The notes beneath the pieces are model-generated. The model had not been told where the DNA came from and did not search any database. It was given only the letters and a program-made list of their open reading frames with translations. The position numbers and the translations under genes are program-made. Shown one piece after another: positions 21,401 through 33,008 of a stretch of DNA of 64,000 nt. Every line of letters starts with the position of its first letter. The first letter of the stretch is position 1. Source of the DNA: Hyaloraphidium curvatum SAG 235-1 (taxonomy: Eukaryota; Fungi; Monoblepharomycota); contig JAIVFI010000011.1 of assembly GCA_025558095.1 (NCBI GenBank), positions 310,001-374,000 on the forward strand, in the 5' to 3' direction.

Positions 21401-21657
21401 GCCGCCTCCTCTGTTCCGGAAAGCAGCTCGCCAATCGACAGCGGTTTTGGCACCCCGGTTTCCGCGTCCCCTTCTCCAACCTGCTCTGTCACGAGCGAGA
21501 TGACAAAGGAAAGTGCTTTCCGCGCGTCCTCGCACGTTTCCACCAGGTCGGGAGGATAGGAAACGACACCTGAAGCTGCAAGTGTCACAGTTTCGTCACG
21601 GCCACGCGCTTGTCCAAGGCTGACCATTCTCTGCCGACGAATCCCATTCCACGGCAT
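18457..21657 (-). CDS. RasGEF (CDC25-like) domain protein with long acidic/proline-rich C-terminus
   Basis: LARQLAILEMELL, ARARTITHLL, SPEVRRLRSSW and LVPW motifs; single 1066-aa ORF. Confidence 0.7.
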   Translation of the reverse strand: MPWNGIRRQRMVSLGQARGRDETVTLAASGVVSYPPDLVETCEDARKALSFVISLVTEQVGEGDAETGVPKPLSIGELLSGTEEAAASAPEAEPDDESDPIEALAEQLPYQSGFPLPRIALSPLTRSLMATKEEVAKAQMKLDMSRLANPNLSSSSLRRLIEDLSIRKDKAEALERTIARMSQPDYTVESFDPDFLARQLAILEMELLRPLLVRCVSPESGARLGHVLLLQAIAPESELTGELTLLRDFHRYLVHVFISAILNSVPDRTSVPGNENVFTPAHARARTITHLLATSQILRRTYRCHGTAAAVMVAATSPEVRRLRSSWALIEPRAREYLERVRPAFSPNVDADAGHEEERWNGYAYEVEHELRTWYGTSREAGIVLVPWWTPVCESIRAIVHQYSTTPIGSWKASGDPLMDLELLALTEKGTRLLNHWIALVELSCGVYSGNQAGIEEVLGSLSAAGAAIAQQEAALGKGKQVAGRQRAVDALLPASLGGDEPFQHWLLTQPFYTRRELWLESIARESLMKKFTRGGDWFDGVYYPLQILAEDGVNVVDLSPLKSEITTTDGPPAAETVAEPGAMESVEGAEASEQGAGAPSDAEADEEDFVGDTFYGKVDGDEGGTGLEPDLSLPNVPTNDFSDSDDDADIGGEKDRFSAMPPPPDANPWSGEDEGPEEDEDGPRDGGPPEGRASVGSAESVEETEHTVHLTPRLVDQSAEDDGTAEDEAVPDEAEVDNADALSPEDEDELDRELRELDREYGGGVDEGYGAAESDLEGSDGEAQQESDGDAPPVDDDGDQNRSRDEEQDTEGGFATAAVTPGSESAAVSRMDSMVEITHDGAYAELATAPAEPHVDEEPTTPGMPGSFTLDDAGLDFLGSVSASRPVRRADSSNDDLAELDELSPHRAADAESEATDHEPEDLVKTHSAILAESQPWRDAIAREDAPLPTGPPPPLPPKPFGLQASYSPSLGSVPLPAPRLPQEDLITYSSTPPPSFSRPGLVPDAPPSAPDFEAPKDEEDEVADMLKDMGMGDAAPAAATEGEARFGNLWDRLAFLTPTQTQKP

Positions 21658-21957
21658 TCTCTAACCGCAAGACGGCGTCTTTGGCGATGTCCAGATATGT
21701 CTCGAAGGCGGCCTGTCGAGCACGCACGAGATCTGGTCAGAAGTTGCGAGCGCGGTTCAACCATTTCTTCCCCACTTTGCGCGCTCCATCTGCCCTCAGT
21801 TCGGCGGCACGACGGAAGAGCTCCCGGTTATCGGCAGTGCCGAGGCCCATCGCAACCACGCGTCAAGCGCGCCGCAGCGTCAGTTCGATCCTGCTTTTCG
21901 TGAGAGCACTGCGATCGCCCGCGCGCGCGCGCAAGGATCCCCGAAGGCCGCGGAAAT

Positions 21958-22722
21958 ATGGCTAGCGCGGGCTCTTCGACCTCCATCGCGTCTATTCTGG
22001 AGTTTTTCAACACGATCGAGAGGCTGAAGACCACGAAACGCACGGGATGGGTGAACCACAAGGTTCCCAGGCCCGAGTCGATCAGCGACCACATGCACCG
22101 GGTTGGAATCATGGCATTCATCATCGACGACCCGAAACTGGACAGGAACAAGTGGGTACTAACCGCCGCAAACGGGTTCAGGCGGCTCTGAGCCTTTCGC
22201 AGGTGCATCAAGATGGGCATCGTTCACGATCTTGCAGAGTCAATCGTGGTGGGCCTCAGTCGTGGGCCGCCGTTTTCGGACTTTCTTAATGATGGTCAGA
22301 GCAGGGCGACATTACCCCGGACGAGCCTGTGACGAAGGAGGAAAAGTACGAGCTCGAGCGAAGGGGCTTCGTCCACCTCGTCGATCTGCTGGGAAACACG
22401 GCCCCGGCAAAGGAAATGTTTGACCTTTGGGAGGAGTACGAGCAAGGGAAGACGCCGGAAGCTTTGCTGGTGAAGGATCTGGACAAGTTTGAGGTGTGTT
22501 CATCCGTCAAGGGAGGAGGCGCAATGTGACCGGCTACCCGATCCGCAGATGATCGTGCAGGCGCTCGAGTACGAGCGTAGAGGACGGGAACCTGGCGCAA
22601 ATGAGGGACGCTTCTTGCAACCTTTCTTCGATTCGACGAAGGATGTTTTCACGCATCCGACCGTTCGCGCGTGGGTTCACGAGCTTTGGAGACGGCGCGA
22701 CGAGGAACTGCCGCCCTCGTGA
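21958..22722 (+). CDS. HDDC2: HD-domain 5'-deoxynucleotidase (HDDC2/YGK1 family), multi-exon
   Basis: LKTTKRTGWV, ESISDHMHR, HDLAESIVGDITP, LWEEYE, VKDLDKFEM. Confidence 0.92.
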
Positions 22723-22960
22723 CGTTCCGGAGTGCTGGAAGCTGCGGTTGCCGATGCTGGATGTGGATATCTACATACCCAATGGTTGAGGGATGGTCCC
22801 TTGATTGCCACGTCCTGCGAGGTGCGGACCCTTCTGAATGAACTTCACCCGCGTTCCTCTACGCACGCTGTTTATTGCCGGTGTCCGCCGGCCACGAATC
22901 GCATTCTATAGCATCGCTCTAGCGCAGCAGCGTGCCCTGTTCCGCCCCCCGCCAGCCCCG

Positions 22961-24382
22961 ATGCGGCCCTCGACGGTTCTCGTCGCCGCCCTCTTCTTCA
23001 CGTCTGCCCTCTTCGCGCCGCGGGTCCGGGCTCAGGAGCCGCCGACGCTCCAATATAAACCCCGCTCCCTGCCGCTGGAAGCCGTGAAGTACCTCATCTA
23101 CAACGACCTGTTCACAATAACGCGCTTCGAAACCACGTTCAACGAGACTCAGGGATCCTTCATCTCGCCCCTGCTCATCCCGCGGGTCTCGGGGACCGAG
23201 AACAATGCGATCGTTCGCCAGTTCATCGTCGACACGCTGAAGGCCGTCAACTGGACCGTGGAGCTGGACACCTTCACGGCCATGACGCCGCTCGGGGAGA
23301 AGGAGTTTACCAACATCATCGCGACCAAGAACCCTGCGGCGCCCAAGCGCATCGTCGTGGCGGCGCACTACGACTCCAAGTACTTCCCGGAGCCCGAGGT
23401 CTTCGTCGGCGCGACCGACTCGGCCGGCTCGTGCGCCATCCTGCTGGACCTCGCGACGCGGCTCAACAAGTACTTTGACGACAAGGAAACCGCCTGGCTG
23501 GGCCCCGTGAAGCCTCCCAAGTCGGACACGACGCTCCAGGTCATCTTTTTCGACGGCGAGGAATCCTTCGGGGAGTGGTCGGACGCGGACTCGCTCTACG
23601 GCTCGCGGCACCTGGCCGAGAAATGGGAGGCCGAAAACAAGCTCAAGTCCATCGAGCTGTTTGTTCTCCTCGACCTCCTCGGTGGGTCGCACCCGAAGAT
23701 CAGGAACTTTAGCCCGGCAACCTCGGTCGCGTACCGCCACCTCTCGGACATTGAGCTCAAGCTCGGCGACAACCTCATGCTGACCCCGATGGCGGCGCCC
23801 CCGGACGACGAGGGCCTCACCGACTTCCAGGACCAGGATGAGCTGTACTTTGTCGACATGGACAGGGCCCCGTCGTCGCAGAACGTCAAGATCGACGACG
23901 ACCACGTGCCCTTCGTCAAGCGCGGCGTCCCTGCGCTGCACATCATTCCCACGCCGTTCCCGGACTACTGGCACACCGTCAGGGACGACGCGTCGGTCAT
24001 CGTGCCCGAGACCCTGAACGACTTTGCCGTCATCCTGCGCGTATTTGTGGCCGAGTACCTCCAGCTCCACGAGGGGCTTGCCGTCGAGATGAAGAACAAC
24101 CCCACGACGCCCGAAAACTCCCCTCTCGTGACGTCCCAGACGGGCGCCGAGTCGTGGCAGAAGCGGATCGACGCGGACAACAAGGCGATCGCGGATGCGG
24201 AGGCGGCGGACGCGGCGGAGGCGACGAAGGCGGCGCGGGAGGCCGATCCGGGTGCCGCGGGCGGCGAGCTCGAGGTGGAAGAGGAGATGGAGATGCTGGA
24301 GCCGGCAGAGGCACCCGAGGAGCCGCAGCAAAAGCCTGTCGAGAGCGCGGAAGGCGAGGAGCGGGAGCGGGACGAGTTGTAG
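22961..24382 (+). CDS. Glutaminyl-peptide cyclotransferase (peptidase M28 family) with signal peptide and C-terminal RDEL
   Basis: AHYDSKYF, GATDSA, FFDGEE, SLYGSRHLA, LLDLLG, DDHVPF and WHT motifs; hydrophobic N-terminus from ATG 22961; intronless. Confidence 0.92.
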   Translation: MRPSTVLVAALFFTSALFAPRVRAQEPPTLQYKPRSLPLEAVKYLIYNDLFTITRFETTFNETQGSFISPLLIPRVSGTENNAIVRQFIVDTLKAVNWTVELDTFTAMTPLGEKEFTNIIATKNPAAPKRIVVAAHYDSKYFPEPEVFVGATDSAGSCAILLDLATRLNKYFDDKETAWLGPVKPPKSDTTLQVIFFDGEESFGEWSDADSLYGSRHLAEKWEAENKLKSIELFVLLDLLGGSHPKIRNFSPATSVAYRHLSDIELKLGDNLMLTPMAAPPDDEGLTDFQDQDELYFVDMDRAPSSQNVKIDDDHVPFVKRGVPALHIIPTPFPDYWHTVRDDASVIVPETLNDFAVILRVFVAEYLQLHEGLAVEMKNNPTTPENSPLVTSQTGAESWQKRIDADNKAIADAEAADAAEATKAAREADPGAAGGELEVEEEMEMLEPAEAPEEPQQKPVESAEGEERERDEL

Positions 24383-24545
24383 ACACTAACGAAAAAGAGT
24401 GATTGGGCGCGCCCAAACCGCGAACCAAGCAACGGTTGTTCCACACGTGCGGGCCCGCCGCCGGCTCCGAGCGCGCAGCAATCTCGCGGCGCCGAGTCGC
24501 GTGCGCCGGCCGGCGTCGCACCCGCTCGGCGCGCGGCGCACACGA

Positions 24546-25958
24546 ATGGACCTGAGCGTCGTCCAGCTCCTCGCTACCCGCCTGGCGCCGGGGAACGAGG
24601 CGACGGCCATCGCGTCGACGACGGAAAACTCGGTTGCCGACCCGCAGAGCGGCGCGCCCGGCCTGTCGTCCGCGGCCACCGAGCCCGAGACGGAAATGGA
24701 GGTGCCGACGTCGCGCCAGTCGGCCGGCGAGCCCGAGCCGCAGCTGGAGATGCTGTACTACGCGCGGCTGGAGCAGGCGCCGTTCCCGGAGGACGGCACC
24801 GGCGTGTCGTTCCTGCTCGACAAGCCGTACTGCGTCATTGGCCGCCGCACGGCCGACGAGGACCCGGTGCAGGTGTCCATCGACTCGACCAAGGTGTCTC
24901 GCCGCCATGCGCGCGTGCAGTTCAACTACGACAGGGGTGAATACGAGCTTGCCGTCTGGGGCCGGAACGGCTGCTGGATCGAGTACCCGGAGTGGTACGA
25001 GGGACCGGTGGACGCCGAGAGGAAAGTCTTTGCCGAGGGCACATCGGAGGACAACAAGGCGCCGAAACCAGTTCCTCTCGTTCATGAGTGGGTTGATTCT
25101 TCCGCATCTGGCCGCAATCAAGAAGGCTCATCGCCTTCCAGCTGCGTTCTCGTCATCGGGGGGACCCGGCTCCGCTTCCTCCTCCCCGATCCGCCCGAGC
25201 TTCCCGAACCGAAACCAAAGGGGCCAAAGAGCAAGAAGCGCAAGACCGCGCACGTGCAACCCGTGGATTCGGACTCGGGAATCGACGACCCGAACAACCC
25301 GAACGCGCGCGTACAGCACCAGAAGCCTCCGTACCCCTACTCCTACCTGATCGCGCAGGCCATCCTCTCTTCGCCGAACAAGCGCCTGACCCTCAACGCG
25401 ATTTACCAGGAGATCAGCTCGCGCTACCCGTACTTCAGGATGGATGTCACCGGCTGGCAGGTGGGTTCCGAAGCGCGCCGCGAGATCCTGCACTCACGAG
25501 TAAATGATTTTAGAACTCTGTTCGGCACAACCTTTCGCTCAACAAGGCGTTCAACAAAGTCAAACGTCCCGACAATGAGCCCGGCAAGGGAGCGTTCTGG
25601 GTTGTTGCGGAGGGGACCGAGGTGAGGGACGCGCTAGCTGTTCCAGAAGACCTGAGCCGACTCTTTACAGGAGCAGTTCTCGCAACCCATCACCTACAGG
25701 CGGAAGTCGGCGGCTGCATCGGCCACGCCATCTGCCGCGAACAGTCGGCCCGAGACCCCCGTTTTCGGCGCAGCGCCGGACGCCGGACAGGAGTACTTGG
25801 GATATGGGGGAGTGGAAGTTGCGGAAGGCCAGCTGCCGGGCGAGGAGGTTGCATCGTACGAGGAACAGCAGGACATCGTCATGGCGGAGGTGCCGAAGGA
25901 AGATCTCAAGCCCACGCCTCTGGCGAAACCCGTGGCAAAGCGCTCGGCTCCTTCTTAG
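24546..25958 (+). CDS. FHA + forkhead transcription factor (Fkh1/Fkh2-like), multi-exon
   Basis: FHA motifs IGRR...VSRRHARV...GRNG; forkhead [14 protein letters not shown]...GWQ|[13 protein letters not shown]...GKGAFW after splicing. Confidence 0.9.
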
Positions 25959-26091
25959 GCCAACGGTGTCTGGCAACCAAGAGCTGCCCCGGGGTCGGGC
26001 AGGCTTTGAGTTTGTGCTGCGAGCTGCGAGACTGTACGCTACACCCTTTTTGTAGGTAGCAGGTGAATAATGCCATGGAGTTTCAGACATT

Positions 26092-27445
26092 CTATCTTTT
26101 GAGGACGACTAAGACAATGACTCCGGTGATTACGAGCACTACAATGAGACAAAGAACAACGAGACACATCATCTGCGTTTCCAAAGCGAGGTGTGAGCAT
26201 ACGCGCTAAAGCACACCGTCCGTCTGCTTACCTTCCGCGACTTTTTCTGCTTCTTCCTCGCCTTGCGCAGCTCATCCACTCCTTTCTCCGTGTACTCCAC
26301 CGTCTTCTGGACGTTCTGGCCGATCTCGATGATCGCGTCGTCCTGCGCCGCAACCAGCACCGCCATATCCATGAAGAGCTGCTGGAGCTCGATGACCGTC
26401 TTTTCGATCCGGAGGATGTCGTTGTGCCGGGCCTGGATCGAATGCAGGGCCATCCTCGCATCGTCGGTCTGCCTTGACCCCTTCAGCGTCTGCTGGGCAA
26501 AGATCGAGGCGGTGCCTTGCTGCAGGGCTTCCGCCACTTCCTCTTCTGTCGCATTTGGTCTGACTGGAATAGGATGAGGCGAGCGACAGCTCGTCAACGG
26601 AGTGAACTCACCGACGAGCACTTCCTTCCGCAAGCGGTTCTTGTACTTGTCCTGGTACTTTTCCTCCACCTCCTTGTACTGCGTCATATACTCCAGGAAC
26701 TTCTTCGTTATCGCCGCTTGCTGCATCCCACGGATCAGGATGTGGTTGCAGGGATTATACGACCAGCCCACCTGGGTTTGCCGCACTCGTTGGTTGGTCG
26801 AATCCTTCTCAACCTTTGCGGCGGCCTTTGTTTCGGAATCGATTTCTGGCAGGCCCATTTCGAACGCTTCCTTGAGAAGTGCGCGGATCGCCGCTCACTT
26901 TTCAGAATCAGTCGGACCTGGTTCGCCGTCACGCTGATTCTGTTCATGAGGTTCTCCATTTCCGTCGACAGCTCTGTACGGCGGAGCTTAATTGCATCTC
27001 TCATGGCAGGAGCGAATGAGACCTGCCATCGATCTCGCTCTCGCTGGTGGCATTCAAGGTCCTCGAATGCAACGGATCCACGCTGTCAATCGCCCGCTTC
27101 AGCGTCGCAAGTCCGTCCCTCGCCGTTGCGATCTGAAAAGGGAAGAGCTCCAGCATGCTCTTCGGCAGTTTCGACGAAAAATGGCTCACGTCCTCGAACA
27201 ACTTCGCCATGTCCGTTGAGGCGCCTGGTTGCGCCGTCCCCGCTTCGAGATCGTCCTCGCTCTTGTCTCCCATGATATTGAAGCCGAACCATGGCTTGGT
27301 AGACTTTGTAGATGGCGGAGGAGATTCCTTATCCAGCTCCTCTTCCTCCTTGGGAGGACCCGTCTGGAAACGTTCGGTGCTCAATCCAGAGCCGAACGGC
27401 TCTAGCCATATTGGGGCCAACCAATTCCCTCGTCCGGTCCCGCAT
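26092..27445 (-). CDS. Plasma-membrane syntaxin (Sso1/syntaxin-1 family t-SNARE), multi-exon
   Basis: N-peptide MRDRTREL, SNARE helix IQARHNDILRIEKTVIELQQLFMDMAVLVAAQ, and a C-terminal TM exon at ~26170-26092. Confidence 0.9.
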
Positions 27446-27614
27446 CTCTCGGGAATCGATTTAGGCTACAATGAGAGATGCATCGCCGGTCCAGAATGGA
27501 TCGTGGACTTCAGAATTGGTCGGAGCGTCGGAGTAGTACTATCGCGGCAGCGGCCGCGTTTAACCCCTTTCTCTTTCAAACTGTCGCCTCGCGGCCTATC
27601 CGTGCCCCCTACGG

Positions 27615-28335
27615 ATGTCTGTCCACCATACTTCCCATGCTGGACCGACGTTCCGAACGCGAGGGACCCGGGTGAAGGATGAGGAGGATGCGAGCACCCT
27701 CAAGTTTGGGCGAGGTCGGTTTCCGAGCTGGGGAGGAAGACCGGCGAACACGCCCTCAAATTGCGGGATTGGACCGCGGCGGGGCTTTCCATGGATGCGG
27801 GAACGATGGACACGGGATTTTGCGGCGGCTGGCTTGCTTTTCCTGTCCGACGTCTGCCGTCGTTTGACGCGTTTCGCGTGTCCAGATTTCGACGACCAGG
27901 CGGACGCCAAACCGTTGATGCTCTCGGAAGTGGCCATCGTCATCGAAAGCACGAGGGGCAAGTTCGAGGACGAGTTGGGGTTCGGCGACAAGATGAACCC
28001 GTGGGTTGCGATTGGCCGCCTCCCAACCGTGACCTTTCTGACCCATCTTTGCACCTTCGGTCAACCTCAGTGTCAAACAAAAATGCCTGGATTACTGCAA
28101 TGCGTTCAAGCGCATCGACGGGAGAGGACCCATCGGCGAGGCGCACCAGTTGCTCAACTTCCAGGCGAACCCGCTTCACCCGTTCGAGCGGACGCAGCTT
28201 TTGAACCTCATGCCCCAAACGGCCGAAGAGGCCAAGAACTACATCCCGAGCTTGAAGAACAGCTGGGACGACGACGAGCTGCAGGCTCTTTTGGACGAAT
28301 TGAACGCTCTTGCTTCCCTTCGGGAGGATGTTTGA
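27615..28335 (+). CDS. RPB4: RNA polymerase II subunit Rpb4, 3 exons
   Basis: EEDASTLKFG, PLMLSEV, LHPFERTQLLNLMPQTAEEAKNYIPSL, DDDELQALLDEL. Confidence 0.92.
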
Positions 28336-28811
28336 AGCCGAGTGATTCTTGCGGGCCTTGGATCGTTGCTAATGTACATGCGGCACGGTTTGCTGTCGAG
28401 AAGAATGTGGCAGGGAGGCGGGGACTAGGACGTCGTTTGGGGTGGGGACTTGGATGAAGCGCGACACCCGGCCTGTCGTGCGCGGGCCAAAAAGGTGGAG
28501 ACGGCACTACAGTTCAGGCAGTAATGAGTAATTCGTTGATGAAAAAGAAGCTATAGAGATATCTTCAAGCGAGTTGCTTCGGATAAAGTCCGAGTGGACG
28601 GTTTGTCTTCACTCCACCCCCACGGTCATCGACCGTCCACACACCGCGATCGGACGTCCGGACCGTCCGGAAACACTCGGGAGCAAGACTGCTTGGTGCA
28701 TTATCTATCTTGAATGCTACAAGCGTCACAAGCGACTGTGGAAGTGATTGTTGGCGAGACCGGGGGGACGCGTGAGAAAAAGTCGAGAGCCAGCCCGAGA
28801 CCCAAACCCAC

Positions 28812-30744
28812 TCAGTATGCCATCTTCGTCATGGAAACGCGCATGCGTGAGTAGTCCTGCATTGATTCTACGGGTCCATAAGCGGAGATAGCAAGGTCGT
28901 TGTCGTAGATGTACTGCTGGGCCACCCGCATGACGTCAGAGACCGTGACCTGCTGGATGAGCGCATCCGTCTCCCAGGGCGTCAGGCGCTTTCCGTAGTT
29001 GAGAATCTGCCTGCCGATATCTTCTGCGATAGGCGTGGTGCCGTCCAGGGAGAGGAGCATCGAGGTCTTGAGCTGGTTCTTGGCACGGAAGACCTCGGCC
29101 TCGGAAACGTTGGTGCAGAGCCGCATCCATTCCTGGATGACCCAGTGGCACACGTCATCAAGCCCCGTCTTGGCCTCCGAGGTAAAGTAGATGCCGAAGA
29201 GGCCGATGTCGGAGTAGGAGGTGTTAAACGACATGAAGGAGTTGGCGAGGTTGCCGTTGGCCAGGTTCTGGGCCAGCTTCGACGAAACGTTGCCAGCAGC
29301 ACCGAGCGACCGATCCCACGTGCCGACGATGGATTGGAGCACGAGCAACGGCCAGAAGTCGGGGTTGGTGTGGCTGACACCCTCGACGGCCATGGCGACA
29401 TGTGCGACGGGGTACTCGTCGTAACGCGCGTGCACCTCCGAGCCCGTGAAGGTGGCCTTGGGGAACGGCTTCTTGCCGCCAGACGACTTAAGACCGCCAA
29501 AGTGCTTCTCGGCCAGCGCCACGAGGGCGTCGTGCTGGACGCCACCCGCACCGACGAGGACCATGCGGTCCGCCGTGTAGTTGGTGTTGATGTAGTCGGT
29601 GAGGTCGGCGCGCTGCAGCGACTGGATGTTCTCGGTGGGGCCGAGGATGGTGAAGCCGAGGGACGTGTCCTGGAAAAGCGAAGGTCGGTAAACAGCCATG
29701 GCGTGGGTGGCAAACAACGAACCTGGAAGGCAATCTTGTGGAGCTCGTCGAACACCACCTCGTCCTTCTGCTTGTGCACCTCCTCGTACTCGCGCAGGAT
29801 GACGTCGCGCTCGCGCTCGATGGCCTCGGGCGCGATCGTGCTGTTCTGCAGGATGTCCGCGATAATGCCCACGGCCTGCGGTACGTCCGAGTTCAGCGCC
29901 TTGGCGTAGTACACGGTCTGCTCCCTCGAGGTGTAGGCGTTGAGGTGCGCGCCAAGGTTCTCGATCTCGACCTCGAGGTCGGTCTGCGAGCGGGTCTTGG
30001 TGCCCTGCGCGGCCAGTCAGCCTTGAGTCCAACGCGCCGCACCCGACCCCCGAACCTTGAACGCCATGTGCTCCAGGAAGTGCGCAGCACCATTGTTGCG
30101 CACATTCTCGAACCGCGAACCCGCATCGATCCAGACGCCGACCGTGGCGGTCTGGTAGTTGGGGTTGGACTCGGTGGCGACCCTGAACCCGTTGGGCAGG
30201 GTGGTGACCTGAGCGCGCATGGATCTTGTCAGTGATGCTGCCACCCGGCCAAAGCGGCATGCGGTCCCACCTTGGTCTCGGGAATGGCAGCGAGACCGGC
30301 GCCGTAGTTGACGTTCAACTGAAAGTTGGACGGCGCAACCAGCGCCTTTTGGGACAGGGCCCCACGGGTCGTCCCGAAGGACTTTTGCAGCGGTGCCGAG
30401 AGCGGGCGAGCGACCTAGCGGGGCGGATGGCGGCGAGGGGTGTCAGACACTGGAGGTGTCCATGGCGTCGCCGCAACGCGACGACCGGGCCGCTGCCGCC
30501 GCATCCGTCCGAGAAGCCGCCGCAGTCGCCGGTGCACATCAATCCAGAGCGGTCCAGACCGCCGCAGTTCCGGCAAAAGGGGCGCCTGGCGCGTGCGATG
30601 GTCCGCGGGCTCGTGGCGCCACCATCGCGGGCCGCGCCGTCGGGGCCGGACGCCGCGGCGCATCCCGGGGGCGTGCGGCAGAAGTCCCTCGGAGGCGATA
30701 CCCACGCTCTTCGCCGCCTTCGCGGCCGCCTGGCGGAGCACCAT
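28812..30744 (-). CDS. MAS1: Mitochondrial processing peptidase beta subunit (M16), multi-exon
   Basis: [34 protein letters not shown] zinc motif, [35 protein letters not shown]. Presequence exon [13 protein letters not shown] at 30744. Confidence 0.95.
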
Positions 30745-30971
30745 GGTGACCAAAGTGAGCTTTGCGACCCCGTTGCGACGTCGCGCGCGAAGCCTGGCTA
30801 GCGCTTTTCGTGGTTCCGATCGAACCCACGAAAACCGCTAAGAGCGGAGCGATCGGGACTCATCGCGGTCATGACGCAGCGACGGTCCCTGTGACTCCAT
30901 TTGGTTTTCATCGGTGGCAGTCATCGAGGGTACAGGACGCAGCAGACCTTCCGGGCATCTCCTAGCCAGCC

Positions 30972-32761
30972 ATGTCCTTCCTGAAGCGCGTCGTTGTCAC
31001 CTACGGTGGGAGGCATTGGCGTGGCGTCGCCACCTCGTCGGGATACACTCGCTGACCGCCGTTCGCCGCCATGAACAGGGACCTTCGTTGCCGGTGTGTA
31101 ATCTGGCCTGTTGAGGAGGCATGGCACGCCCCTCTAGGGCTTCTGGCGCTTGAATGGCAGCCCGGTGGTGCCATGCTGTCATGATCATCGTTGACCCTGG
31201 GTTCCCTCGGCTCTCCCCTCTGGCACTGCTTTGGGTCCCTACGAACGTCATCCTGACCTATGAATGGCTTGCGTTCCCCGCCGTTGGCGCTCGTTGGCTA
31301 TTTGTCGCGATCTCTTCGCTGGGCAACCTCGTCACGGCCCTTCCTCGCCATCCCTGGGCACTTCGACTGCTTCACACAATAGCGAACTGGGGCTCGAACT
31401 TCCTCCTCTACCCTGACAAGAAGGTTCGTTGATTTTCTTGTTCGTAACTTGTGACGCTGACCTGGCACTCCTTCGCTGTGCCACATTGTCTCACCGAACC
31501 TACTCTTCTCGCGACTCACCCCACGTTACGCCTCGCTACCTCAGCTCGACTATGGCTTCTTGAACAGGGCGCTCGGCAGGGTGCGTTTTGGTCCCGTCCT
31601 TGGCCTGGGGCGGCGATCAAGTACGAGCGGTTCTAACGTCTACTCACACAGCCCGTCAACAACGAGTGGTGGGGCACTCGTTCGCAGGTGAGATTGATCA
31701 TTGGGCGAGCTGGTTTGGGGTGCTAATGACCCGGTCGGTTCCAGCACATCTTCACGATCGCGCTGCCGCTGTCGATCTGCGACCACCTGTCGCTCGACAT
31801 GTGGAACAAGTGGCTGCTCCCCAAGTGGGGCATCCAGGGGCCGCTGTCGTGGAAGTTCACCCCGACGCCGATGATGTACCACAACGTCAGGTGGGTTGGT
31901 CTGAGGGACGGCGGTTCCGGCGGCTGATCCCGATCGGCTTGCTCCTTCAGCTTCGCCATCACCGGCATTATGCTGTACGTTGCCCACGACGCTTACTTTA
32001 ACCCCCTGGTGAGTTGCGGGCGAGCATCGCGTCCCATTGGCTGGCTTGACGTGTCCTTTCCCAGCACGAGGGCAAGTCAGTATCCTCTGCCTTTCCAACG
32101 CTTAGCCCTCTTTCCTAACGCGTTTGCGCTCTTGTAGGGATCGTGATGCCCTGGTCACCGGCAAGGTTCGTTGCGTTTTGTCCTCGGAGCATAGATTATT
32201 GCTGACTCAAACCGTCTAGCTGTACCCCGAGGTTTGATCCAGCTTTCCCTTGCACCGGCGACCCTTTTCCAACCATTCCCTCTTCAGATGAGCGGGGTCA
32301 TGACGATGTGGACGCTCGGAGCTACGGGACACGTGCTCGAGAACCTGACGGGCCGCATGTGGCCCCACGGTACCCCGCTTGGTGTGATCCCCCCCATGAT
32401 CGCCTTCACGACCGTCAAGGGCTTCTCGATGTGGGTTGACTGCTGCACTTTAGGGTATGGGAGTGGAGTGTTGACGGATTGCTTGCTTTTGCCCTCGGAT
32501 CGCCCCCTGAACGATCTGGCAACTCTGCACAACCACCCTGGCGTCAATTCCGCTCACTTTTCATTTAAAGGTCGTGGCCATGGAGAAACAACCTTACGCC
32601 GTAAGTCGTTGGCGACGCCTGGAGGTGTGGGGAGACGTCGGCTGATCGATCGTTCCGTCTTGGGATGCTTCGCCCCCACTCGGCCCACGACCAACTACCA
32701 TGACCTCCCCTTTAACCTAATCCGCACGACCAGTTTCGAGCAGAAGCTCAACGAGGCGTAG
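30972..32761 (+). CDS. Unknown membrane protein encoded by ~13 exons including micro-exons
   Basis: Phase-consistent GT-AG exon chain from MSFLKRVVVTY to ...WPWRNNLTPFEQKLNEA*; several hydrophobic segments; no family recognised. Confidence 0.65.
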
Positions 32762-33008
32762 AGGAATCCGCTCGGGGAACAGACACTGCCAGATATCGTG
32801 TAGAATGCCATGCAGCGGAAGGCACCTAGGCAAAAGTAGCTTATAGATCACCTGACTACTCAGTGCCTCTTCTTGCTTCATAAACAAACGTAGACGAAGG
32901 ATTCGGTGATGCTGTGTTTCGCCTGGCGTATCGCTTCACGCTGTGTCAGCGGCCATGTAATGAAGGTCTGATAACATCTCATCTCTAATCTGCTCTCCCC
33001 GACGGGTA

